Source: a virus
Taxonomy: Duplodnaviria > Caudoviricetes
Length of the DNA stretch: 64,000 nucleotides
Virus record (IMG/VR): IMGVR_UViG_3300028172_000069
Reading direction: 5' to 3' (one strand)
Part shown: piece by piece, positions 10,037 to 20,060 of the stretch
Numbering within the stretch: the stretch's first letter is position 1
Layout of the letters: each line of letters opens with the position of its first letter
Program-made: the position numbers and the translations under genes
Notes under the pieces: generated by a model
Told to the model about the DNA's origin: nothing
What the model saw: the letters and a program-made list of their open reading frames with translations, nothing else
The model's database searches: none

Positions 10037-11034
10037 GGCTTCTCCAGTATGGAATTCATTTGGGTTACTTGGGAGCGCGACAGTGCCAGCATCTTGGTCA
10101 AGCGATTGAGCGCACGTTGGTCAATCACTTTGCGCTTGGCGATGATGAACTGCAGGCGCTTACTGCCCGGCTCATTGTTGAAGCGGTGGAGAATCTCCAT
10201 GGGCTTCTGAGCCAAGGCAACCTTGATCAAGGGCAGGACCGCGCGCAGGATATTGCTGATATCGACTGGACGAACGGCCGAGTCTAACCACAGGTTCAGG
10301 GAATCCGTGATATCGACTTTGGTGACGCCTTCAATGCGCAGCAGTTTCTCTTCCTTGGGCTTGGGAGCCGCAGCAGACTGATAGTTCAGCGTGCCTTTGA
10401 GGAAGTAGTTGAGGTCTTTGGTCGACGACACTGGGATGTTGTCTGTCTCGACGAAAGGCGAATACGGGAGGGAGACATAGAACTGGCCGTCTTCTTCCTT
10501 GAGCTTGATGCAGACCTCAGGCGATACGAACCCGCTATTGGCGCGCACGTCACGGGCGACAAAAGCCACATAAGTGGCATCTTGGTCTGCCATGTGGATC
10601 GAATACAGCTTCTCGCACAGCGGGCGCAGGAAGTCGTGAATGACATTGGCTAGGTCATTCATGCGTTCGCCAATCAGCGGCCGTGAAGCCGAGTTGACTC
10701 TGGAGATTAGCGTCCGCTTGAGGTCAAGCAGATCAGCGTTGAGAATTCGGATAGCGGAGATACAGCGCTCGCGCTTGGCATCGTTCAGATGCTGCACCAT
10801 AGACATGGCGCATTGCAGTTCAGCTTGCGTCTGCAACACCCAACTGAGGCTTTCATACAGCTTCGACAGCGGGCCGAATTTGACTTTCGTCCGCTCGGTG
10901 CTGTTGAGAGTTTGCTGAGCACGCAAGGCAGTATTGATCCGACCAATGACAGTGATTAGCTCATTGGCATTTCGAGCCTTACGAATGTCCACGACATTCT
11001 GGCTGGTATCAATTGACTTTGGTTGTAGTTGCAT
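10033..11034 (-). CDS. Hypothetical protein (possibly virion)
   Basis: 333-aa ORF, preceded by CTAATTTATT motif at 11064-11073. Confidence 0.75.
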   Translation of the reverse strand: MQLQPKSIDTSQNVVDIRKARNANELITVIGRINTALRAQQTLNSTERTKVKFGPLSKLYESLSWVLQTQAELQCAMSMVQHLNDAKRERCISAIRILNADLLDLKRTLISRVNSASRPLIGERMNDLANVIHDFLRPLCEKLYSIHMADQDATYVAFVARDVRANSGFVSPEVCIKLKEEDGQFYVSLPYSPFVETDNIPVSSTKDLNYFLKGTLNYQSAAAPKPKEEKLLRIEGVTKVDITDSLNLWLDSAVRPVDISNILRAVLPLIKVALAQKPMEILHRFNNEPGSKRLQFIIAKRKVIDQRALNRLTKMLALSRSQVTQMNSILEKP

Positions 11035-11063
11035 CGGAATGCTCTGCCACGTTAGTTCGTGAC

Positions 11064-11073
11064 AATAAATTAG
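11064..11073 (-). promoter_or_regulatory. CTAATTTATT putative phage late-promoter motif (representative copy)
   Basis: Recurrent sense-oriented motif upstream of genes/RNAs; see findings. Confidence 0.45.
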
Positions 11074-11093
11074 CGATTTGGACCTCAGAAACG

Positions 11094-11131
11094 AAAATAC
11101 CCAGGCCTCTGTTAGGAGACCCGGGTATTTT
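11094..11131 (-). terminator. Rho-independent terminator after the H1-like gene
   Basis: AAAATACCCGGGTCTC-CTAACA-GAGGCCTGGGTATTTT hairpin with U-tract. Confidence 0.8.
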
Positions 11132-11155
11132 GGTGTAGCTTAGCCGGCGCGGGAA

Positions 11156-12160
11156 TTAACCGCGGGCGACTTTACGCGCGCGAGTCGAGGTCTTCGCGGC
11201 TGGTGCTTTTGCTGCGGTCTTGACGGCTTTCTTGGCCGGAGCTTTTACTGCCTTGGTGGCGGCCGCTTTGGTCGCTTTCTTGGCAGGAGCTTTAACGGCT
11301 TTGGTAGCCGCGGCTTTGGTAGCCTTCTTGGCCGGAGCCTTCACAGCTTTCTTGGCTTCGGTCTTGGCAGCAGGTTTAACTGCTTTCTTGACTTCGGCTT
11401 TGATTGCCTTCTTCACCGGAGCCGACTTAACGGCTTCTTTTACGGCTTTCTTGGCCGGAGCCTTGACTGCCTTGGTGGTCGCTGCCTTGGCCGGAGCCTT
11501 GGTGGCGCGAGTCTTTTTCGCTGGAGCAGCGGCAGCAGCAGGAGCAGCCTTCACCTTACGGTGCGGGTTGGCGCCTGGGTGCTTTTTCGCCAGCTTCGAC
11601 TTGATGCTCTCGATGGTCTTCTTGTGCGAAGCCGACAGCTTGGTACGCTTGGTAGCCAGCTTGGCTTTGGCCGCGGCGAACTTGGTGCGCAGGGCAGCAG
11701 CTTTCGCTTTGCGCTTGTCAGCCGGCAGGCCTTTCAGAGCAGCGCGAGCTTGCTTGTACTTCGCGGACAGTTGCTTGCCAGCGGCGGACAGAGCGGTGCG
11801 AGCGGACTTGGCCTTTTCGCGAGCCTTGCCAACGGCTTCTTTCGACTTCGACTTGGCAGCGCCGTGAGACTGCTGCTTTTTGAACCAGGCGCGGTACTCT
11901 TTGGCGGCAGCGCGCGGGTCGCGGCCTTCTTTCTGAGCGCGGCGGATGGCGCGTTTTTCACCGGCTTCCAGGCGCTCGGCCGGGGTGCGGGTTTTGCGCT
12001 CGGTACGAGCTTTGGCGTTGGTGGCGGCTTTGGTCGATTGGCGAGCTTGCTTGGCTTTCTTGGCCTTGGCTTTCGCTTCTGGACTGTTGTCCACTTTGAC
12101 CATCTTCGGCTTGGCGAACTTACCAGCCTTCGGGTCTTTTACGGCACGGGTCTTTGCCAT
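11156..12160 (-). CDS. Histone H1-like / AlgP-like Lys-Ala-Pro-rich DNA-binding protein
   Basis: Repeats KAVKAPAKKATKAAAT; GGAG RBS before ATG 12160. Confidence 0.85.
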   Translation of the reverse strand: MAKTRAVKDPKAGKFAKPKMVKVDNSPEAKAKAKKAKQARQSTKAATNAKARTERKTRTPAERLEAGEKRAIRRAQKEGRDPRAAAKEYRAWFKKQQSHGAAKSKSKEAVGKAREKAKSARTALSAAGKQLSAKYKQARAALKGLPADKRKAKAAALRTKFAAAKAKLATKRTKLSASHKKTIESIKSKLAKKHPGANPHRKVKAAPAAAAAPAKKTRATKAPAKAATTKAVKAPAKKAVKEAVKSAPVKKAIKAEVKKAVKPAAKTEAKKAVKAPAKKATKAAATKAVKAPAKKATKAAATKAVKAPAKKAVKTAAKAPAAKTSTRARKVARG

Positions 12161-12332
12161 TTTGGCAATCTCCATCTGGGTAAGGGTTGTATTTTGCATC
12201 GAGGACGCAGGACACAACCTTAGCGCCAAGGTATGCAAGTCTCTCGATGTAGAAAAAATTAGCATTATCTACAGCAAGAGACGAGCGCACAGAGAAAACC
12301 CAGGAATGTTTTTGGAATGTCCTAGGAATCTC

Positions 12333-13394
12333 CTAGGAGTCCGTTTGGATTCCCAAGGAGTTCATGGCATCCCGTACTAAATCCCGGGCATACTTGATTT
12401 CCTTCTTGTTGTGGCCGGCCGCCGCCAAGTAATCCTTCAGGCCGTGGGTAGGTTTCACCCGTGGACGAGCAACCACCTCACCAACGTGTTCCACAATCTC
12501 CCCATCGTCCGTCTTCTTGGCCTTGGTCTCGGCGTTGAAGAAGCCACCGGTGATGTTCGGGTAGTTGATTCGCAGGTCGGCCGGGATCAATACGTCAGGC
12601 GCAATGAGGAGCTTGTACCTGATGTTGTTGTCCTGCCGAAGCTTGGCAAAGTCGGCCGGCGATTCAATCAACACGGTCTCCAGTCGGAAGTTCGGCTGGT
12701 TGTCGATGAACCGATGGCGGAACTGCATTTCGTTCTTTTCGCACTTGGCCTTGAAGTGGATGAAGCCCTTCGGTAGGCTCTCACCGAAGTTCTTCTGGAA
12801 CGGGTTACCGTTGAACACAACACGTCGGGACTTGATGTGCTGGTACTGGTGGATGTGGCCACTGATCGTGAAGTCGCGCTTGTGGGCTGCGAACTCATGC
12901 TTGGTCTTCAAGGAGCGACCGTTGTCACCGATTGCTCCATTGTATTCGACGTGGGCGAAGTTCAACGCGCCTTCCTTCTCGGTCAGCGTCTCGTAACACG
13001 GCCATGCACAGAAGTTGACCAACTGTCCGTCGATCCGATCCTGATCAGGCTTCAGGAAGATACGGAACGATTTGAAGAACTTGTGCTCACACAACAACTG
13101 GAGCAGGTCGCAGGACGTCGTGGTGGAGTCACTGCGATCGTGGTTGCCGCCGATGTAGTAGCTGTTCAGAATCCCGTCGTACTTCTTCAAGAACAGGAGC
13201 AGCGACAGGTAGGTGGACTCCGGCATGTGCGGCGTGTCGGAGATATCACCTGGGATGAAGACGTGCTGAATGCCTTTGGACAGCGCGTACTTGTAGATTT
13301 TCTCCACCTCTCGGAGCTGTCGTTGGACAGCATCCAAGAAGTGCTTGTTCATCCCGTCAAGGTGCCAGTCGCTGGTTGAGAGAGCTTCGAGCAT
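12333..13394 (-). CDS. sbcD: Mre11/SbcD-like (T4 gp47-like) nuclease
   Basis: SDWH, GDISD, GNHD, HVEY, GHIH metallophosphoesterase motifs; Rad50 nearby. Confidence 0.9.
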   Translation of the reverse strand: MLEALSTSDWHLDGMNKHFLDAVQRQLREVEKIYKYALSKGIQHVFIPGDISDTPHMPESTYLSLLLFLKKYDGILNSYYIGGNHDRSDSTTTSCDLLQLLCEHKFFKSFRIFLKPDQDRIDGQLVNFCAWPCYETLTEKEGALNFAHVEYNGAIGDNGRSLKTKHEFAAHKRDFTISGHIHQYQHIKSRRVVFNGNPFQKNFGESLPKGFIHFKAKCEKNEMQFRHRFIDNQPNFRLETVLIESPADFAKLRQDNNIRYKLLIAPDVLIPADLRINYPNITGGFFNAETKAKKTDDGEIVEHVGEVVARPRVKPTHGLKDYLAAAGHNKKEIKYARDLVRDAMNSLGIQTDS

Positions 13395-14254
13395 TATGCG
13401 GTATCCGTGGAAATGTATGGGAGCTGGAAGTCCACATCACTCAGGAAGCCGGCCGCGTTCTCATGGCCAGAGCCAAAGAACTCCTCAGCAATGCGCTGAG
13501 CGACACCGTTCGTTTGTGGTGCAGATCGTACACTCCATTTACGCTTTCCATCGCCCCAGTCTTCGTAGGCAATCGCCACCATGTGAATCGGCAGTAGCGA
13601 GTCCAAGACCAAGGATTGCAGCACGCGGTTGCAGTTCACGACAGGGACCATGTAACCTTGCAGTGAAGCAAAGCGTGCCTTCGACGTGATCTGCGGGATT
13701 GCCGTGTTGCTGATGAAAGCGTGGACGGAACGCCCGGCAAGAACGAGGTTGTTCACTTCCTTGTTGTCGAGAATGAGCGAGGTCCAGTACGCAATGGTCT
13801 GTTCCTTGGTCATCACGCCGTAGAAGAAGTAGTCGTCCTCGATTGTCTTGTGAACGTGGAGGTCGTGATTGCGCACCAGCTCCACAACCTTCGGCATCGG
13901 GTTCTGCGTGTAGTGTTTCCACGTAGCCGACGCACCAGACTCATGGCTGTGATACGCCACTGTGATCTTGTCCTCGTTGGCCTTACACAGCGCTTCAAGA
14001 ATCGGCACCGCTTTCGCGTGGTGGTCGATCACCGTAAGGTGCTGGCAAGTGTCGAGGATATTGAGCATCATGCCCAGGTCGTCATGGCAGAAATCTACCA
14101 TGATTACCTCTGCACCGTTGGGAATCTCAGGCAGAGGTACCTTGTAGTTCACGGGATGATACGTGATGGTTGGATCACGTTCAAAGTAAGACACAACGGC
14201 GGCGGCCATGATGCCGTCATTGCATTCTGCGTGGTAAAGAACGACCTTGGGCAT
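13394..14254 (-). CDS. DHH-family phosphoesterase (NrnB-like)
   Basis: YHAECNDG, VDF, IDHH and GSGHENAAGF motifs. Confidence 0.88.
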   Translation of the reverse strand: MPKVVLYHAECNDGIMAAAVVSYFERDPTITYHPVNYKVPLPEIPNGAEVIMVDFCHDDLGMMLNILDTCQHLTVIDHHAKAVPILEALCKANEDKITVAYHSHESGASATWKHYTQNPMPKVVELVRNHDLHVHKTIEDDYFFYGVMTKEQTIAYWTSLILDNKEVNNLVLAGRSVHAFISNTAIPQITSKARFASLQGYMVPVVNCNRVLQSLVLDSLLPIHMVAIAYEDWGDGKRKWSVRSAPQTNGVAQRIAEEFFGSGHENAAGFLSDVDFQLPYISTDTA

Positions 14255-14262
14255 GATAGACC

Positions 14263-14991
14263 TCAACTCTTGGCTACGATGGCGCGCATGTAGTTTATCT
14301 CATACGCGCTGATGCCATAGCGACGGGCTAGGTCATTCGACTCCCCGCCTTCACGCATAGCCTCCTTGTAGATCAAGGCGGTCTCGGAAGACAGGATTTC
14401 GTTGAGCCGTGCGCGCTGCTTTGGCGTTAATGGACTTCCCTTCAACTTATCCAGGTTGTTGTTGAGTGTCACCAGTGTCCGAGTGGAGCACATCCAACCA
14501 CAGACGAGCTCCTTGATCGGAGTTTGGTGCGTAGCCCTGGGAAGCTGATAGATGAATGTCATCAGTTGGTTGAGCAGAGTCCGCAGCGTCTTCACTTCAT
14601 CCACCGACGCTTGAACGATATCGAACCCAGTGCGCGCAAGCGTAGTGGGCTCTACATCCAAATTGAGATTCAGAGGAGAGCACTCAAAGCCGTCGATGTG
14701 AATGTCACCGCCGATTTTGAAATCCATACGCGGGATGTTGAAAGCGCTAAGCGCAATTGGTGTATCGAACACTAGGAAGGTCACATCCTTGAAGGAAGCG
14801 TGACAAACCAGATTACGCCGTAGGTCCTTCAAAGAGAACGCGACGACGTACTGGACGCCGTCAGGTTTCTTTTTAGGCAGCTTTCCTTCGGGCTCGATCA
14901 TCAGAACGTGGCTTCTTTTTACGCCCTTTTCTCGATTCAGCCTCACCAGCACTTCGTCTGGCGCGTGGCACCCGAAGCTCACCATCTTCAT
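14263..14991 (-). CDS. Hypothetical protein with possible C-terminal HTH
   Basis: GGAG RBS before ATG 14991; DLARRYGISAYEI at C-terminus. Confidence 0.65.
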   Translation of the reverse strand: MKMVSFGCHAPDEVLVRLNREKGVKRSHVLMIEPEGKLPKKKPDGVQYVVAFSLKDLRRNLVCHASFKDVTFLVFDTPIALSAFNIPRMDFKIGGDIHIDGFECSPLNLNLDVEPTTLARTGFDIVQASVDEVKTLRTLLNQLMTFIYQLPRATHQTPIKELVCGWMCSTRTLVTLNNNLDKLKGSPLTPKQRARLNEILSSETALIYKEAMREGGESNDLARRYGISAYEINYMRAIVAKS

Positions 14992-17299
14992 TGTAGTTCT
15001 CCATGACCTGTGAAACGCCTTTGTGTTTGACAACCGTCAGGTACGCGCATTCGGTGTACAGGTGTTTATCCAGAGGAGTAATCAGGAACACATGCGGCAC
15101 CAGCGAACGCAGTGCTGGCAGGTAGCGCTCAACGAACAACGACCGAGTGGTCGGGTCCATGTGGCTATCTGGTTCATCCAGTACGGCGAAGTTTGTACGA
15201 CGATCATCTTCCACCATAATGAGCATTACAAAGAACCAGAGCAACCTGAAACAGTCACTCTCGGCACCAGAGAGCAAGCGGACGTCAGTCGGCTTCTTCC
15301 CGTTGCCACGGTCAACGATGCAATGCACACCATTCTCCTTTGCGAAGACGTTGAACTTGAACGGCTCGGCAAAGATCAGGTGGGAGTTGCGATTGAGTTG
15401 CTCCTCGATCTGGAAGAGAATCTCGTTCGCGGCGTTTACTTTCAAGCCCTTGGCGGAGTACGCCTTCTCCAGCGACTTAATGAGGTCGCGTTGAGCAATG
15501 ATGGGCTTCAGGTCTTCCAGCTTCACAAGGGCGTCGTTGCGCTCGCGCTTGAGCACCTTGAACTCACTGGCTTTGGAACCGTAGGAGCTTACAATGTCCT
15601 GCGCACGGCTGTACTTGCGCTCGACTTTTGCATACCGCTGCTTTGCCTCTGCTAGCTTATTAGACAACGAATCTACATCAATAGTTCCGTAATCTTCCAA
15701 TAAACTTTCAAGCACGGAGTCGATGCGTGCAATCTCCGAGTGATCTTCCAGCATGGCGCGTAGGTCCTTCCGAGTGTAGTTCGGAATCGCCTTAGGCTCC
15801 TTCGGCTGTTTCAGTTCACCCAGTCGATCTTTCAACTTCTGCGCTTGGCGGGCATCGTTCAGCTTCTCACGGAGCTCGTCAAGCTTGGCATCGCGCTTGC
15901 GATACTTCTCACGGCGCTCAACGAACTCTTCCTCGTTGAACTCCAGCTTGCGGCTTTTGGTACGCAGTTTGGCGAGCACCACGGCGGCGTCAGCGATCTT
16001 GATGGACCGCTTGGCTTCCTTGATCTTGCCTTTCGCCTGATCAATCTGCTTCCTGAACTTCTTGACGTTAACCGTCTGCTGGCAAGTTGGACACTCACCA
16101 TCTGCACAGTCATCGACAATCGAAGCCAGTTGCATCACAGGTTGGTATTGCAGGAGCACGCGCTCGAACTCGGCAGTGCCGAATGCGACAGCAACGTTCA
16201 CCTCTTTGAGCTTACCACCAACGGCCTTGTAGGCTTCTTCCGCCTCTTCCAAGTCTTTGGCGATCTGCTTGACCTGCTGGCGCTTGCTATGCGCTTCGGT
16301 CAACCACTCTTCTTCCTTCTCCAGCTCCTTCTCGATCTTGGCCATGTGCGCCTTTAGCACAGCAGGCGCGCTCACTTCACCGATTTCGGTAAGCTGGTTG
16401 GTGTATTGCTTAACCTGAGCGCGGAACGACTTCAGGTCGGACTCGTACTCGGCCAGGTCTTCGTGCAGTTGCAACTCGGCCTGTGCAGCTTTGCGTGACA
16501 GCTTGGGCTTGAGCTTCTTCCGTTGCTTCTTGAGCTTGGAGATTCGCTCGCTTGCGGCGATGGCACCCTTGAGCTTTTCGATCTTGGAGTGCAGCTTCTT
16601 GGATTCGTCACCCAGCGCCTTGATGACACCACGTGCTTCTTCCAGCTTCTCCGCCTTCTCCTTGTCCCAGTCGAGACGTTCGAGGATGCCGTTGATTTTC
16701 ACCAACTGCGCATTCACCACGTCAAACTCGACCTGCTTGTTCTTGATTTCGCCCAGCTTCTGGGTGAAGTGCCGCTTCAACCGATCGTACACGTCCAGTT
16801 GGAACAGCGAGGTGATGTACTGGAGACGCGCCGCTGGCTTGTCGCTTTGGAACGACAGCGGGCGTTGCGACTGCAGGTACACATACGAATAGAACTCATC
16901 CTCAGTCAGCGGGAAAATCCGCTCAATCTCCTTCTTCTGGAGAGGGATGGTTCTGACTTCTTTGTCGGTGCCGTCACATTCAATGATGAACTTGGAATTT
17001 GTTTGAGTGATCGAATAGGGCTTGCCGTCATTTCCGATAAGCCCAATTCGGATGCTCGACTTCGCCGTCTCAAGCATATCTTTCTTGCTTTTGGTGGTGG
17101 CGAGGGGAGCGGCTTCATAACGAAGGTTTGGCACAGAGGACAACAGCAGGGACTTGCCCGCACCGTTGCTGGTCTCTGTGGAAATGCGACTATCCTTATT
17201 ATGGCCAGTGATGACCGTAAAAGGATGTCGGGTAATGTCCAGTTTCACTTTTTTGAAGTTGACGACGTCGGTGAGTTCAACGTCAGTCAGCTTGAGCAT
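14873..17299 (-). CDS. sbcC: Rad50/SbcC-like (T4 gp46-like) ABC ATPase
   Basis: Walker A NGAGKS, coiled coil with CPTC zinc hook, signature LSGAE, Walker B/D-loop VLDEPDSH. Confidence 0.92.
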   Translation of the reverse strand: MLKLTDVELTDVVNFKKVKLDITRHPFTVITGHNKDSRISTETSNGAGKSLLLSSVPNLRYEAAPLATTKSKKDMLETAKSSIRIGLIGNDGKPYSITQTNSKFIIECDGTDKEVRTIPLQKKEIERIFPLTEDEFYSYVYLQSQRPLSFQSDKPAARLQYITSLFQLDVYDRLKRHFTQKLGEIKNKQVEFDVVNAQLVKINGILERLDWDKEKAEKLEEARGVIKALGDESKKLHSKIEKLKGAIAASERISKLKKQRKKLKPKLSRKAAQAELQLHEDLAEYESDLKSFRAQVKQYTNQLTEIGEVSAPAVLKAHMAKIEKELEKEEEWLTEAHSKRQQVKQIAKDLEEAEEAYKAVGGKLKEVNVAVAFGTAEFERVLLQYQPVMQLASIVDDCADGECPTCQQTVNVKKFRKQIDQAKGKIKEAKRSIKIADAAVVLAKLRTKSRKLEFNEEEFVERREKYRKRDAKLDELREKLNDARQAQKLKDRLGELKQPKEPKAIPNYTRKDLRAMLEDHSEIARIDSVLESLLEDYGTIDVDSLSNKLAEAKQRYAKVERKYSRAQDIVSSYGSKASEFKVLKRERNDALVKLEDLKPIIAQRDLIKSLEKAYSAKGLKVNAANEILFQIEEQLNRNSHLIFAEPFKFNVFAKENGVHCIVDRGNGKKPTDVRLLSGAESDCFRLLWFFVMLIMVEDDRRTNFAVLDEPDSHMDPTTRSLFVERYLPALRSLVPHVFLITPLDKHLYTECAYLTVVKHKGVSQVMENYNEDGELRVPRARRSAGEAESRKGRKKKPRSDDRARRKAA

Positions 17300-17305
17300 G
17301 TTCGA

Positions 17306-18442
17306 TTAGCCTTTGTTCTCGATCACGAAACGGCCGAGATAGGTTTGCAGGAGCACCGATTCGTCGATGCTGGTCGAGTTGAGTTGCAGCTCCAGTTCAA
17401 CGATGGTGTGCTGGAGCATCACCAGGCCCTTGAGCCCGTACTTGATATCCATTTTCTTTGCAAGCTGCTCGAAGATGCGCCCGGAGTACGGCAGGAACTT
17501 CGCCGTCTTGGTCTTTGCGCCAATCAGGTAGTCGAGCAGGGCGCGTGTCTTGTACACGATGCCGCGTGGGTTCTGCGCTTTACGGATGATGGCGATCAAC
17601 CCAGGCAGGTCGAGGTTCATCGTGGCCGCAACGACAGACGCTGCGGCCTTGTCGAGGTCTGCTGCCGACGATTCGACGTATGCCTTGAGTGCACCTTCTG
17701 CGTCGAGCTTCTTGCCGCCGAAGCCTGCGAACATCACAGCTTCAAGGTGGGCAATGGCGTTGCGCATACTGCCGTCGCACATGGCAGCGATCAGCTCCAG
17801 CGCCTTCTTACCTTCCTTGCCTTTAACGAAGTCCATCTTCTCTTGCTCGACGATGTACTGCAGGCGAGAGACGATGTGCTCTGGTTCGATGCGGTTCAGG
17901 TTGATCTTGGTGCAACGACCTGCGATGGTGTCGACCAGTTTCTCCGGGTTCGTCGTGCAGAGAATCCAGATGGTGTGGATGCTCGGCTCTTCGATAGGAA
18001 CCAGCAGCGCTTCTGCGGACGCACCGGTGAGCTTGTGAGCCTCGTCGATGATGAACACGCGGTAGTTGGTGTGCGGCGCAGCGTTGGCACCACGGACGAG
18101 AGAGCGAATGTCCTCGACCTTACCGTGAGTACCTGCGTTGACGATGGTGACGTCTGGATGCTTCTCGCCCAGCTTGTACGCCATGGACTCACGGACGTTC
18201 TTCGGATCGTCGGCGTTCATGTACGTCGCAAGGATACGCGCCAGTGTCGTCTTGCCAGTGCCTGTGACACCGCTAATCAGGATCGCGCCCGGGAAACGGT
18301 TGCGCTTAATCATACCCTTGATGATGGAAACGCTGTCGTCTTGACCAACAACGTCTTTGAGTGTGCGCGGTCGGTGAGTAACGGCGAGAGACTGAGTGGC
18401 TGATGCCGTCTCTTCAATCGCAGCCTTCTGCTTCTTCGCCAT
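17306..18442 (-). CDS. dnaX: DNA polymerase III gamma/tau-like clamp-loader subunit
   Basis: HRPRTLKDVVGQ, GVTGTGKTTLARI, IIDEAHKL, LCTT, GSMRNA. Confidence 0.92.
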   Translation of the reverse strand: MAKKQKAAIEETASATQSLAVTHRPRTLKDVVGQDDSVSIIKGMIKRNRFPGAILISGVTGTGKTTLARILATYMNADDPKNVRESMAYKLGEKHPDVTIVNAGTHGKVEDIRSLVRGANAAPHTNYRVFIIDEAHKLTGASAEALLVPIEEPSIHTIWILCTTNPEKLVDTIAGRCTKINLNRIEPEHIVSRLQYIVEQEKMDFVKGKEGKKALELIAAMCDGSMRNAIAHLEAVMFAGFGGKKLDAEGALKAYVESSAADLDKAAASVVAATMNLDLPGLIAIIRKAQNPRGIVYKTRALLDYLIGAKTKTAKFLPYSGRIFEQLAKKMDIKYGLKGLVMLQHTIVELELQLNSTSIDESVLLQTYLGRFVIENKG

Positions 18443-18446
18443 GCTA

Positions 18447-19013
18447 TTAGAGCTCCGTATCTTCGCGGAAGAAATGGTAGGCCATCGTGTACAGGATGTC
18501 CTCGAGTTGATGTATGCTGGTGTAATGATGGTTTACACTACCCAGCGCAATTCGCAGATCAATAACGCCCACTTCGTCGCTCAGGTAGTACGCGAGTCGC
18601 AGCTGGGTGAAGTACCGATTGAGTTCTTCGATCGGATAGTCCACGCCTCGCCACCGAGCCGTCACGAAACGAAACACCACTTTGTCGTCGGTCAGCATAG
18701 TCACGTAGTTGGTGACGTTGCGTTTGCGCAGCATATTTGCAGGCATAGCCAACGATAGGCTCTGCAGGTCCTCAGCTGTAGCAGTGCGATGCACCGTCTG
18801 AGTTCCAATGGGCGAGCGGATGTAGTCCATCCACTCCTCAACATCTTCGAAGGCGTCGTCGTTGATTGTCAGGACGATGCCGTTTTCCACAGAGCCATGC
18901 GCGCTGAGGCGTTCAAACTTGAAGCGGTTGAACGCAATGTCACGCGGGCGATTGCCGAGAGTAGCGATCGGCATAATGTTCGTAAGGGACTTCAAGGTAG
19001 CGAGGTCGTTCAT
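18447..19013 (-). CDS. Hypothetical protein
   Basis: 188-aa ORF, GGAG RBS. Confidence 0.7.
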   Translation of the reverse strand: MNDLATLKSLTNIMPIATLGNRPRDIAFNRFKFERLSAHGSVENGIVLTINDDAFEDVEEWMDYIRSPIGTQTVHRTATAEDLQSLSLAMPANMLRKRNVTNYVTMLTDDKVVFRFVTARWRGVDYPIEELNRYFTQLRLAYYLSDEVGVIDLRIALGSVNHHYTSIHQLEDILYTMAYHFFREDTEL

Positions 19014-19025
19014 CAGTGAACTCCT

Positions 19026-20051
19026 TTAGATGCTCTGGAGCGCCTTCAGGGTTTTCTCCATAGCCTTGGTAATGTCTTTAGGCATCGTCTTCCCAGTCAT
19101 GTGGAATGCGAATGCCTCTGCAAAGAACTCGTCCGGGCTCACCATGGAGTATTCGGACAGATCAGGACGCGACTCCACGATCGTTGTACGCTTCGGCCAC
19201 ATCGAGGCGAACTTCTCGCTGTCCTCAAGATAGAGGATTTCGAGGCTGCGGCCGTCGAGCTTGTGGTAGCGCTTGTAGTGGCTGAGCACTTCGCGGAACA
19301 CCAGAGAGTCTTGATCTTCAAGCTCTTTATAGAATTCCTTGAACGTGCCGCTGAACTCGATCAGTTCACCAAGCATCGACTCCAACCGATCTTTCAGGAT
19401 GCTGTTCAGCTCCAGACGCTTGTGGTAGAGCTTGATCCAGCGCGCCTTGTACGCACCAGGCACCATGCGGAACCAGACTGCGTGCGCGTACTCGTGGTAC
19501 AGGACATACTCGTTGTACGCACGGTCGGTGAACGTGTCTGGGTACAGGTCGATGCCGTCAGTGAACTCGCTCATGGAGCGCTTGATGTGGTAGCAGCCTG
19601 CGTACTTTCCACGCTTCGGGAACAGCTTGATGCTGCCAAGCGGGAAGATGTTCAGGTTGTTCTCCAGCATCGCATCGTAGGTACGACGCAGCGCAGACTT
19701 GAGCGCTTTCTTCTCCAGGTCTTCCAGCACACGGAAGAAGTGCATCGGTCCGTACTTGGAATCGACGCTGGTGATGTATGGGTTGATCTTCACGCCGAAC
19801 GCATTACCACCTGGCTTCGGGTTCAGACCGAGGTTGGCAACCAGTGTTTGGTCATCGTACTCAATGGTCTGGTGTTCTTCGTCAGCCAGAGTGCGGTCGA
19901 TCACTGCGCGATTGCGCTCAGGGTTGATCGCGAGGCACAGATGATGCTTGGTGCCAACACGCACGATGATGTAGCTGTCCTTCTGGATCGCCATCATCGC
20001 AGGAGACTTGGACTTCTTCTCCTTTTTCTTCTCTTTGTCTTTCTTGGCCAT
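19026..20051 (-). CDS. Putative zinc metallopeptidase (HExxH)
   Basis: VLYHEYAHAVW plus downstream SPDEFFAEAF (third-ligand Glu). Confidence 0.7.
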   Translation of the reverse strand: MAKKDKEKKKEKKSKSPAMMAIQKDSYIIVRVGTKHHLCLAINPERNRAVIDRTLADEEHQTIEYDDQTLVANLGLNPKPGGNAFGVKINPYITSVDSKYGPMHFFRVLEDLEKKALKSALRRTYDAMLENNLNIFPLGSIKLFPKRGKYAGCYHIKRSMSEFTDGIDLYPDTFTDRAYNEYVLYHEYAHAVWFRMVPGAYKARWIKLYHKRLELNSILKDRLESMLGELIEFSGTFKEFYKELEDQDSLVFREVLSHYKRYHKLDGRSLEILYLEDSEKFASMWPKRTTIVESRPDLSEYSMVSPDEFFAEAFAFHMTGKTMPKDITKAMEKTLKALQSI

Positions 20052-20060
20052 GGGAATTCC

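Noticed and set aside
19005-19020. CACTGATGAACG, identical to the hammerhead core start
   Set aside because: It is simply the start-codon region of 18447-19013; no GAAA or stem III follows. Other CTGATGA hits are in coding sequence.
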